Notes under the pieces: model-generated
Told to the model about the DNA's origin: nothing
Databases searched by the model: none
The model's input: the letters and a program-made list of their open reading frames with translations, nothing else
In this document: piece by piece, positions 48,541-57,909 of the stretch
How the letters are laid out: each line of letters begins with the position of its first letter
Numbering within the stretch: the first letter of the stretch is position 1
Position numbers and translations under genes: made by a program
Assembly (NCBI GenBank): GCA_014729085.1
Contig: WJKM01000004.1
Coordinates: 4,345 to 68,344 of the forward strand
Direction: 5' to 3'
DNA from: Candidatus Dojkabacteria bacterium
GTDB lineage: Bacteria > Patescibacteriota > Dojkabacteria > B142 > WJKM01
DNA: 64,000 nucleotides

Positions 48541-49863
48541 ATGTACAAAGTTGTAAAACTAGATCACAAAGGTCGTGGTATATATTTTGACTCTAATTCC
48601 AAAAAGAAATTTTTATTCTGGAATGCCTTGCCTGGGGAGCAGGTGAGCTATACTTATAGCAAAAATAAAAAAGGAAACAAAATTTGCATTGCTAATAAAA
48701 TTAAAAACAGATCTAAAGATCGAATAAAACCATTAGAACCAGATCACTATATATCCTGTAGTCCATGGCAGATTATGAATTTTGATTTTGAAAGTAAAAT
48801 TAAGAAAAAAATTGCAAAAGAAAAATTAAAATTTATAAAAAACTCAAGAGAAAAAAATTTAATATCAAATTTACAGATCTACTCAAACGGACTTTCGCAA
48901 TTTGCGTATAGAAATAAGATTGAATTCAGTTTTTATATAGATGACCAAGATAAACTTCATCTTGCTTTTTTTAGAAGAGGCACACATAAAAGTAAAATTC
49001 CTATTAAAGGTTGTCAACTTGCAGAAGGGGTTATAAATCAATCAGCTGGTATTATTGTAGATTGGTTAAATTCAGAGATTAAGACTCATCTGAATACAAA
49101 GCAAAAACAAATCGGGAGATATTTTAAGACCCTTATTCTAAGAAGTAATAATCAAAACGAATGTATTGCAGCTTTATACCTTAGAAAAAAAATTTCATTC
49201 AAATCTTTTCCTAAATTAAACTCATCTTTTCTAGGATTCCATATTTATTATTCCGATCCAAAAAGTCCTGCATCTGTGCCTACAAAAATTTTATATTCTA
49301 ATGGCCAAAATTATCTTGAAGCATCGATTAATAAAACAAAATTGCAATTTGGTATCAATAGTTTCTTTCAAATAAATATCCCAGTATTTGAGCAGGCTCT
49401 AAAAGATATTTCACAATTCCTTCACAAAGACGACCATATTATCGATTTATATTCAGGAGTAGGTGCGATCTCTTTGCCGAACAACAAATCATACAAAGAG
49501 TGCATCCTAGTTGAAATTAATAAGGAAGCTATAAAGTATGCAAATTTAAATATAGAAAATAATAACATTTCTAACTGTAGAACTATCCTAGCACCTTGTC
49601 GGGAAGTTGTAGAATTATTTCACAAAAAACATACAGTCATATTAGATCCACCTCGAGAAGGTTTGCATAAGAAAGTTGTAAAAAGCATACTGAATATCAA
49701 ACCAAAAAAAATAATTTATCTATCTTGTAATATTAATTCACAAATAAGTGATTTAAAGAAGCTAGAGACAGCTTATGGTATTACATTCATTAAGTTATAT
49801 AATTTTTTTCCCCGCACACCCCATATAGAATCTCTCATCATTCTAGAAAAAGGAATAGTCTAG
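48541..49863 (+). CDS. RlmD/TrmA-family RNA (uracil-5)-methyltransferase
   Basis: TRAM N-terminus, YRNKIEF, SFFQIN, DLYSGVG, LDPPREG, YLSCN and FPRTPHIE. Confidence 0.9.
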   Translation: MYKVVKLDHKGRGIYFDSNSKKKFLFWNALPGEQVSYTYSKNKKGNKICIANKIKNRSKDRIKPLEPDHYISCSPWQIMNFDFESKIKKKIAKEKLKFIKNSREKNLISNLQIYSNGLSQFAYRNKIEFSFYIDDQDKLHLAFFRRGTHKSKIPIKGCQLAEGVINQSAGIIVDWLNSEIKTHLNTKQKQIGRYFKTLILRSNNQNECIAALYLRKKISFKSFPKLNSSFLGFHIYYSDPKSPASVPTKILYSNGQNYLEASINKTKLQFGINSFFQINIPVFEQALKDISQFLHKDDHIIDLYSGVGAISLPNNKSYKECILVEINKEAIKYANLNIENNNISNCRTILAPCREVVELFHKKHTVILDPPREGLHKKVVKSILNIKPKKIIYLSCNINSQISDLKKLETAYGITFIKLYNFFPRTPHIESLIILEKGIV

Positions 49864-52124
49864 TGTATGGGATCCTTACCTTCCTCCAAAATCATAGAAC
49901 GATAAGATTTAAGCATACTGTCAATATAGTCAATCAATTTTGATTGTTTCTTTTTTACATTTGAATTATAGACCGATGCATATTCAGCAGCCTCAAGAGC
50001 TAAAGTAAATCTATCCATTCCATTCTGAATCAAAATATCAAATGGTGTTGTCATGAGGCCCTTTTCGTTATAACCGTGAATAAGAAAACGTGCAGCAGAA
50101 TGATGATTAAATATTAATGATTTAATATCTTCTTCATATCCGTGATAGTTGAATATAATTGGTTTATCATTTGTAAATACTTCATCAAAACGCATTTGAT
50201 TAATCCGACTTTTAAAATTATTATCACCTATACCAAAACAAGATATTTGAGCAATATTCACAATTCTTATATTAATTTCGGGTATAATTTTCTTAAGAAT
50301 CAGTCTTGCAGCAATCACCTCATTCATGGCAACATCACCGCAACCAACCATAACTACATCTACGTTATCATCACTTACAAAATCCCAAATTAGTATATCT
50401 TCGCGTAGCTGTTTTCTCGAACTTTTCAAATCAAGCCATTGAGGTTGACTACGATTACTGGTAACAATTAAGTTGATTTTATTCTTTGAACTAATACACT
50501 CTTCAAAGGCTGTTAAGGTTGTATTGACATCTACAGGAAAGTAAACATCGATAAAATTTGCATAATTATTCAAGACGGCTGAAACGAAGCCTGTATTTCT
50601 ATCTGTATCGCCTACAGACTCTTTGTCAATAAGGACAAAATTTAAAGATGGATATTTATCTCTCCAATTAAGGTTTCGAATACTATTTAAAAATTCAGTA
50701 TATTTGTCAACCATACTTATCAAATCTTGTGCATATGATTCTTCAGTAATATAAATACCATTCCTACCCGTTTGTATATAACCAAGGAACCAACCAAGAA
50801 GTGTTCTTGGATTTAAAATTTCAACTATTTTACTTTTGTTATTAGCAAAACTAGAAACATAACTATCCAATTTTTCAAAACCTAGATTTGTTAAATTGTC
50901 AAATGCAAAAACTTTAAAATTCCGGTTGTTTTGATTTTTATCTATTACCTCCATAATATATTCACTAAGCTTATCGGGACTTTTATACTTCTTTTTATTA
51001 ACTTCAATTTTAAGATCTTCCAATGAAGGTAAGGTTAGATCCTTGCTTTTTTGACCATATAGTCTTTCATTTACCCCCAATCTCATATTCTCTTTAGGTA
51101 TAAACTCTTCGATATCATTAGATAGTCTATAATCATTTTTAACTACTAAATTTTGAAACTCAAATCCTTTTAACCATTCACTTACTTCAGATATTAATTC
51201 CTTATTGTTATTTTTCGAGATTTGAGAAAAGTTACTTTCTTTTCCTAAATTAGGTCCAAACCAATTATGAGGAATCTTCAAGATTATCATCGGTGGGTTA
51301 AATTCATCTGAATTTTGTTTTGAGCCCATAATTTTTTCCTGAATTTTTTTGTAAGATGCTTCTACTGCTGCAAGCATAGGTTCGAATAATTGATTCCCTT
51401 CCACCAATATCGGTTCATATCCAAGACCTTCAAACTGCTTAATCAGTTGATCGTTCGTATACTTATTGTATACAGAAGAAATTTCTTGTTCTTGATTATT
51501 TATATAGATTATTGGCAAAACATTTCCATTATTCTTAGGATGAATCAACTTATTGCTTTTCCAAGCAGCTGAAATATTTCCAGTTTCAGCCTCTTTGTCA
51601 CCAATAATGCAAGGAATAACAATATCTGGATTATCTAAAGCTGCGCCCCATGCAAGAGATAATGAATCTCCTAACTCACTTCCTCCTGTGATTGTACCTG
51701 GGATTGAGGCATTAAAATAGAGAGGATTGCCACCAGGCCAATTAAAATCATGCATTAGATTTTTATATGCTAATAGTCTCGTTTCTTTTTCCTTTGCATT
51801 GAAATTATATCTATTGTAAATCTCGCCTAATGTTCCTTCAACAAAAAGATTGGAAAGTATTGAAGGAGTAGAGTGTGTAGGCCCGACTACTAGAAGAGTT
51901 TCGAGTTCGTACTGTGAAATTACATAATTGAGTATTCCCCAAATAAAATTTACTGTTGAAATTGTGTTCCAGGAAACTTTAATATTATCCTTGAAATGTT
52001 CAGGCTTTAGTTCATCTTCAAGGAAAAAATTGCTTTTTAGAAGCAATTGACTGGCGCTTAGATAATTAGTAAGTTTAAGATATTTGGTTAACCACTCAGT
52101 ATAATTTTTCGTGTTGTTGTCCAT
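49860..52124 (-). CDS. Phosphoketolase (Xfp) homolog with a degenerate active site
   Basis: Xfp architecture (NYLSASQL.L..N, GAALDNPD, ETG..AAWKSNK..GNVLPI, PIIFNYHGY, HGY.E.G..TTPFD), but the catalytic motifs are substituted. Confidence 0.85.
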   Translation of the reverse strand: MDNNTKNYTEWLTKYLKLTNYLSASQLLLKSNFFLEDELKPEHFKDNIKVSWNTISTVNFIWGILNYVISQYELETLLVVGPTHSTPSILSNLFVEGTLGEIYNRYNFNAKEKETRLLAYKNLMHDFNWPGGNPLYFNASIPGTITGGSELGDSLSLAWGAALDNPDIVIPCIIGDKEAETGNISAAWKSNKLIHPKNNGNVLPIIYINNQEQEISSVYNKYTNDQLIKQFEGLGYEPILVEGNQLFEPMLAAVEASYKKIQEKIMGSKQNSDEFNPPMIILKIPHNWFGPNLGKESNFSQISKNNNKELISEVSEWLKGFEFQNLVVKNDYRLSNDIEEFIPKENMRLGVNERLYGQKSKDLTLPSLEDLKIEVNKKKYKSPDKLSEYIMEVIDKNQNNRNFKVFAFDNLTNLGFEKLDSYVSSFANNKSKIVEILNPRTLLGWFLGYIQTGRNGIYITEESYAQDLISMVDKYTEFLNSIRNLNWRDKYPSLNFVLIDKESVGDTDRNTGFVSAVLNNYANFIDVYFPVDVNTTLTAFEECISSKNKINLIVTSNRSQPQWLDLKSSRKQLREDILIWDFVSDDNVDVVMVGCGDVAMNEVIAARLILKKIIPEINIRIVNIAQISCFGIGDNNFKSRINQMRFDEVFTNDKPIIFNYHGYEEDIKSLIFNHHSAARFLIHGYNEKGLMTTPFDILIQNGMDRFTLALEAAEYASVYNSNVKKKQSKLIDYIDSMLKSYRSMILEEGKDPIH

Positions 52125-52447
52125 GGGCAGATTGTTTAATATTTATTTCAAAGATATTTATATAAGTGTATCAATTATAAAAAATATTGTCGATATCTAA
52201 AAGCTTTGGTCTCTAAGTCTGATAATATTTTATAATGAGCTTCGGACGAATTTCACTTGAAAATTCCAACGCAAATTTATATTATTACACTGTTTCATCC
52301 ATATATTTCATAAAATCAAGGTTCAAAGCTAAATATCTAACTGAAAGCTATCTTTAACTAAACATGGTCAATCTAAACAATTTCTTATCTTAATTTTATA
52401 CCAAACTTAAAACTATTAAACTTTATATACTTTCTAATTAACAAATC

Positions 52448-53371
52448 ATGATTAAAGTAAAAAATCTTACTAAAAAATTCAAACAAACGGTCGCAGTTGA
52501 TGATATATCATTTGAAATAAAACAAGGAGAAATTGTTGGTGTCTTGGGCCCAAATGGTGCAGGTAAAACTACAACACTAAGAATTCTTGCAGGATATTTA
52601 TACCCTGATAAAGGACAAATAACTATGCAGGATCAAAACTTCTTAAAAAATGACAATGAATTGAAACTCGATATTGGATACATGCCAGAAAATAATCCTA
52701 TATATAAAAATATGTTAGTTAAAGATTTGCTACTTCTTACCTTAAATTTAAATAATATACCCAAAGATAAACATAAAGAAAGGATTGATTATGTTTTAAA
52801 TGCAGTTGATATAAAAGATAAATATTATCGTCCCATTTCTGAACTTTCTAAAGGTTATAAACAAAGAGTGGGGCTTGCTCAGGCATTAATAAATGACCCT
52901 AACATCCTAATTCTAGATGAACCTACTGAAGGACTCGATCCTAATCAAAGAGCAGAAATAAGATCGCTTATAAAAGATGTTGGCAAAAAAAGAACTGCCA
53001 TTATCAGCACACATGTTATGCAGGAAGTAGAAGCTATGTGTAATAGAATAATCATCATTCACAAAGGAAAAATTATTGCTGATGGAAAAAAAGAAGAAAT
53101 TCTTAAAATGAAGGAAGAAGGTGACCGAATTAAGCTTGATATCGAAGGCAAAGGGATTAAGAAAGCTATTCAAAAAATTGATCATATAAATGTTTTACAG
53201 AGTAAAACTAAAAAAGGACGAACAAAAATGGAAATTGAATTACTCAAAGAGGCTGAAGATAAGGTATATGAGGATATCTCAAAACTAATAGCAAAAAACA
53301 AATGGGTTTTATACAGACTCGAACCGATGCAAAATACTTTAGAAGAAATATTTTATAAACTCACAAAATAA
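52448..53371 (+). CDS. ABC transporter ATP-binding protein (GldA-like)
   Basis: GPNGAGKTT, LSKGYKQRVGLAQA and LDEPT.GLDP. Confidence 0.93.
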   Translation: MIKVKNLTKKFKQTVAVDDISFEIKQGEIVGVLGPNGAGKTTTLRILAGYLYPDKGQITMQDQNFLKNDNELKLDIGYMPENNPIYKNMLVKDLLLLTLNLNNIPKDKHKERIDYVLNAVDIKDKYYRPISELSKGYKQRVGLAQALINDPNILILDEPTEGLDPNQRAEIRSLIKDVGKKRTAIISTHVMQEVEAMCNRIIIIHKGKIIADGKKEEILKMKEEGDRIKLDIEGKGIKKAIQKIDHINVLQSKTKKGRTKMEIELLKEAEDKVYEDISKLIAKNKWVLYRLEPMQNTLEEIFYKLTK

Positions 53372-53396
53372 ATTTTAAATTACTAGAAAAATAATC

Positions 53397-55655
53397 ATGC
53401 CTAAAATAAATATTAAGAAACCAAATCTTAAGATTCACAAAGTTTTTTTCTCAAATCTGAATTCTTTAATTTTTAAAGAACTGAAATCCTATTTTAATAG
53501 CCCGATAGTTTACATTGTTGCATTTGTTGGAATCATTTTTCATTTCTTTTTCTTTTTATTTTTAGGTGCTTTTTTCCAAAATGGCGTATCTGATTTAACT
53601 ACTTATTTTGAATCACTGCCATGGATATTTTTATTAATGGTTCCTGCTTTTACAATGGGATCCATTTCTAAAGAAATCAATCAAGGTACAGATGAATATA
53701 TACTTACTAAACCCGTTAAAACCATTGAGTTTGTGTTAGCAAAAGTTGTTGCAGCATTTTCTTTTATTTTAATTACATTACTTTTTGAACTACCAGCTGT
53801 TATTACTATTATCACAGCCGGTGATTTTGACATTGGCAAGCTCTTTACTCAATATCTGGCTGTTATTTTTGTTGCTTTTTGTCTTACAACAGTAGGAGTG
53901 TTTTACTCAAGTGTAGTAAAGAATCAAATCGGTTCATTATTACTAACCTTACTCTCAAACTTTATTATTCTATTTATTGGAAGTAGGGTAGTTACATTTG
54001 TTTTACCTCTTTTTCTTGCCCCATACATTGAAAGAATCAGCTTAATTACCCACTTTGAATCCATGCTTAAAGGAGTAATAGATTTACAGGATTTAATTTA
54101 TTTTACGGGTTTTGCACTATTTTTCATAACATTGATTTATTACAAAATAAGTACAATAAGACTTCCAAAAAAAAGTATAAAGTTAACAAAATTAAGATTT
54201 ACAACACTACTATTATTAGTAATCATATTTTTTATTACTGGTTTTGGACAAAAGATACCTGGAAGTATAGATCTGACTAGAAATAAAATCAATACTTTGT
54301 CGGAAGTAAGCAAAGATATTAGCAAAAATTTAGATGAAAAAACTACTATTCAACTTTACTATTCCGAGTCATTACCAGCTGGGCTTCAAACCATAAAAAG
54401 AGATACAATATCTCTATTAAATGATTTTAAAAAAGCTGGTAACGATAAAATACGGATTGTACATAAAATTGGAGATACTACAAAGGCTATGGATAAGGGC
54501 ATCCGTGTGGAAAAACAAGGATCAGGGAATTTATCAACTTTACAAATCTCTGATGTCTATCTTGGGCTTGTTATTAAATATAAAGATCAGGAAGAAACAA
54601 TTGCCTCCATATCCAATACAAATAATCTTGAATATGAAATTACCAGTACACTTACAAAATTATCTAACAAAGATAAAAAAGTCATAGGTATTTTAGATAC
54701 CAAGGTACGAAATACCTCAACTACTGGCTTAACTGCCTTTAAATCTACTCTTGAACGTGAATATACCGTTGAGTCAATTATTTTCGATGAAGAACAACGT
54801 ACTATAGATAGTGAAAAATTTGATGCAATCATTATTTCTGCACCCAACCAAGAAATGTCTGAAGAAATGCAGGGAGAAATTAGAAGATACTTTGATGAGG
54901 GTGGGGCACTCTTCTTTATGGTAGATCCAATTAACGTACAAACCCAAATGATGTTTTCAGCAAGCAGTGTTGAATCGCCATTAAACAATTTTTTTGAAGA
55001 TCTTGGAATTACAGTAGAAAAAACACTTCTCTTTGATCTTAAAAGTTATGCCAGCTTGCAGCATCCAAACTACGTTTTTGGAATCCCATATCCATTTTTT
55101 ACAATTACCGCAAATACAGGAGAAAACAATTCATTTAATAATATTTCAAGTGTAATGCTAGGTTGGGCAAGTTGGATCAGGATTGATGAAGAAAAAGTCC
55201 ATAATATAGAAATTACACCTATACTGCAAACTTCAAATTTTGCTGGTTTCCAAAAAGAAGGTGAATTCAACATCGAAATGGAACAGACCTGGGACAACAT
55301 TAAAGAAAACGAATTAGACCAATATACTGTTGCTGTATCATTTGTTGAACAAGATGACTCTCCTGGACGAGCTGTCTTGGTATCAGATTCCGATTTTCTT
55401 ACAAATCAATATGGACATCTTGAAAGCTACCAGAATAGTGCATTTGGACTTACTTCAATTGAATGGTTGGTTCAAAACGAAGCTCTGTCTTCCATTAAAG
55501 GCAAAAGCAGACAGATAGCTCCTCTTATGGTTAAAAGTCCTGCTCATGCTCTGTTTTTAAATATCATGATGTTTTCTCCGTTTGCTCTAATCCTTCTAAT
55601 AGCAGCTGGAAAATTCATACTAAGAAAAAGAGAGATGAAGAAAGTGTATAAATAA
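53397..55655 (+). CDS. ABC-2 permease fused to a GldG-like auxiliary domain (GldF-GldG fusion)
   Basis: KELKSYFNSP, TM helices, DLT..K..TLS, IISAP, VSDSDFL and a C-terminal TM helix. Confidence 0.85.
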   Translation: MPKINIKKPNLKIHKVFFSNLNSLIFKELKSYFNSPIVYIVAFVGIIFHFFFFLFLGAFFQNGVSDLTTYFESLPWIFLLMVPAFTMGSISKEINQGTDEYILTKPVKTIEFVLAKVVAAFSFILITLLFELPAVITIITAGDFDIGKLFTQYLAVIFVAFCLTTVGVFYSSVVKNQIGSLLLTLLSNFIILFIGSRVVTFVLPLFLAPYIERISLITHFESMLKGVIDLQDLIYFTGFALFFITLIYYKISTIRLPKKSIKLTKLRFTTLLLLVIIFFITGFGQKIPGSIDLTRNKINTLSEVSKDISKNLDEKTTIQLYYSESLPAGLQTIKRDTISLLNDFKKAGNDKIRIVHKIGDTTKAMDKGIRVEKQGSGNLSTLQISDVYLGLVIKYKDQEETIASISNTNNLEYEITSTLTKLSNKDKKVIGILDTKVRNTSTTGLTAFKSTLEREYTVESIIFDEEQRTIDSEKFDAIIISAPNQEMSEEMQGEIRRYFDEGGALFFMVDPINVQTQMMFSASSVESPLNNFFEDLGITVEKTLLFDLKSYASLQHPNYVFGIPYPFFTITANTGENNSFNNISSVMLGWASWIRIDEEKVHNIEITPILQTSNFAGFQKEGEFNIEMEQTWDNIKENELDQYTVAVSFVEQDDSPGRAVLVSDSDFLTNQYGHLESYQNSAFGLTSIEWLVQNEALSSIKGKSRQIAPLMVKSPAHALFLNIMMFSPFALILLIAAGKFILRKREMKKVYK

Positions 55656-55687
55656 ATCTGAAAATAAATAACCTAGAATGAATTATA

Positions 55688-55900
55688 TTAATAAAGTGAA
55701 CCGTGTGCTGAATTATTAACTACAGGCATATGTCCACCTTTTCTTGGATCCCTATGCAAAGATCCAGAACTTGATTTTCTTCGGGTATCATAGGGTCCAA
55801 GTCCATCATTTGGTCCCCATCGGTCATCAGTTACATCTCGCCAGTCGCCATGATATGGATCTTCTGACGTTACAAATACTAGATTTTGTTCTATTTCCAT
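55688..55900 (-). CDS. Small hypothetical protein
   Basis: 70-aa ORF, more GC-rich than its flanks, lying in an otherwise empty gap. Confidence 0.45.
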   Translation of the reverse strand: MEIEQNLVFVTSEDPYHGDWRDVTDDRWGPNDGLGPYDTRRKSSSGSLHRDPRKGGHMPVVNNSAHGSLY

Positions 55901-55988
55901 ATTTGAATAATTAAATATAGGTTACTGTATTTAATTATATCATTAAAAGATATATTTTCAATATATATTATTAATATTCATAGGTTTA

Positions 55989-56100
55989 TTGTTACGGAAA
56001 TTGGAAATTTTCTAAAAATTTACATTTTACATACAAGTTGCCGAAATCCTGTTTTACGGGATGAAGGCAAATAATTCCGAGCGTAGCGAGGATTATGTGC
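55989..56100. repeat. Structured intergenic repeat, copy 2
   Basis: Matches 20942-21065, with a different but still base-paired inner helix. Confidence 0.85.
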
Positions 56101-56185
56101 TTAGTAATTAAAGAAGCTTATATGACCGAAAATCCAACTAATACAGATAATTACTATTGTATGTAAAATGGAATTCCACTTATTA

Positions 56186-57385
56186 TTAGACCGTAAATTT
56201 TCCATGTTCATAAATTACTTTACTTCCTCCATCAAGTAGATATGCTGTTACTTTTCTTTCCTCGGTGGTAATTATATCTGTGTGCTCGGGAGAGTAATTA
56301 AAGCCCATTTTTTCCCACTCATCTTTTTTGACCTTGCGAGCATCGCCTTCAAACGCATCTTTATATGCCATACCAACTGCAATATGCATGTTACCGTTTT
56401 CTCCGCCTACATTTTCATCATACAAAGTATTTGCCATAAATTTAGTTATACGAGAAAATCTAGAATCTGTTAGTGAAAATTCACCAACTTTATTGGCATT
56501 TTCCCTTTTGATCATTTTCTCTAGTATTTCTTGGCCTTCACCAGCTTCAGCTTTTGAAACAAGTCCTTCTTTAAATTCAATTCTTATATCTCTTAAAATG
56601 TTGCCATAGCGATACAAAGGCTGATTAAAGTAAATATAGCCTTCAGTGCCCCTCCAATCTGGCGATGTAAATATTTCGTAACTTGGAATGTTTCTACCAT
56701 TTCCGCCTAACCATTGTCTTCTTGGGCCAATTTTTACCTTTAAATCAATGTTTTCACCTTTAGCATGTACATAATCAATATCCAAAGAATTTAATTCTTT
56801 CTTGATTCGTTCTTGTTCGTTCATTATTTTCTTCCATTCCTCCTTTGGGTTTTCCTTATCAAGATAACAGGCGTGGATAATTTCCTGCCAATATTCTTCT
56901 AAACTCATATTTGCTTCTTTTGCCATACCTTCAGTTCCATAAAGACCCATTGTCCATGTAAATTTACCACGTCTTTCTTTTTCATCGAGCCACTCACGAA
57001 CCTTTTTACGTGCATCGGCTGATTTCATAATCTTTTCCGGATTAATATCTTTCAATTCCTGAGGATCAACTTCTGACAACACTCCGATTTGATGATCAAT
57101 TAAATCGCATCTTGCCTTTTGATATTCTTCTGGAAAAAAAACAATTTGGCCGTCGCTTGCATGAACGAAAAAATCCTTATTAATTCCTGTTGGTATCATT
57201 CTCATAATTGGGTGAGCACCTGCTTTTAATAAAGTTTTATGCAATTCAATTAACAAAGGTTTTGCAACATCATCTACAATACACATAACAATCTCATCTT
57301 TCTTAACTCCTTTTCCTGAGTTTAAAGCAAAGTTCACAAGTAAATCTGCGTATTTTTCTAATGTTTTTTTTGACGGTTTATACAT
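56186..57385 (-). CDS. Aminopeptidase, M29 (AmpS/PepS) family
   Basis: NIPSYEIFTSP, GEFSL, TLYDEN, HIAVG and HTD. Confidence 0.93.
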   Translation of the reverse strand: MYKPSKKTLEKYADLLVNFALNSGKGVKKDEIVMCIVDDVAKPLLIELHKTLLKAGAHPIMRMIPTGINKDFFVHASDGQIVFFPEEYQKARCDLIDHQIGVLSEVDPQELKDINPEKIMKSADARKKVREWLDEKERRGKFTWTMGLYGTEGMAKEANMSLEEYWQEIIHACYLDKENPKEEWKKIMNEQERIKKELNSLDIDYVHAKGENIDLKVKIGPRRQWLGGNGRNIPSYEIFTSPDWRGTEGYIYFNQPLYRYGNILRDIRIEFKEGLVSKAEAGEGQEILEKMIKRENANKVGEFSLTDSRFSRITKFMANTLYDENVGGENGNMHIAVGMAYKDAFEGDARKVKKDEWEKMGFNYSPEHTDIITTEERKVTAYLLDGGSKVIYEHGKFTV

Positions 57386-57429
57386 TTTTGCAATTTAATT
57401 ACTAAAATAGTTTTCTATTATAAAGGGTA

Positions 57430-57909
57430 CTAATGACTTTCTACAATCTCTAATTTTTCATTGAATTTATTATAAGTATAGACCAGTTCATGTTTCTTTA
57501 AACTTTGCATAATCTTAATATGATTTTTCAAATCCGGATATATATTTTTACTATTCAGAGCCTCGTTATACCCAAGCCAAACGGGTTTCCCAAAAGCCTT
57601 TTCCTGTTTAATTAGTCTGCCAGAAAAATTAGTTGAGGAAAAAATAAAAACTATATAAACTTTTGATTGATATTCATGGTTGTGAGTAGCTATTATCTTC
57701 AATTTGGGATCCCTGATTTTCAAACCTGTTTCTTCTTTGGTTTCTCTAATTGCTGTTTTGGATGGAGTTTCATTAACCTCTTGTTTACCGCCTGGGAGCA
57801 TCAGCCAACCAGGAAAATCCTTTAAATTTTTGTCTCTTTGAACAAACAAAATTTGATCATCTTTTGTTATTAATGTATTTGTAGTACTAATAAAATCAAT
57901 CTTCTTCAT
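57430..57909 (-). CDS. NUDIX hydrolase (MutT-like)
   Basis: PGGKQEVNETPSKTAIRETKEETGL. Confidence 0.9.
   Translation of the reverse strand: MKKIDFISTTNTLITKDDQILFVQRDKNLKDFPGWLMLPGGKQEVNETPSKTAIRETKEETGLKIRDPKLKIIATHNHEYQSKVYIVFIFSSTNFSGRLIKQEKAFGKPVWLGYNEALNSKNIYPDLKNHIKIMQSLKKHELVYTYNKFNEKLEIVESH

Noticed and set aside
52190-52400. Possible riboswitch (c-di-GMP/TPP-like) between xfp and gldA
   Set aside because: Only scattered short motifs; no convincing paired core could be built on either strand.
20941-56100. Repeat pair as a CRISPR array, prophage att sites or integron attC
   Set aside because: There are only two copies and no spacers, the repeat does not duplicate the tRNA 3' end, no integrase is present, and the 35 kb between the copies contains housekeeping genes.
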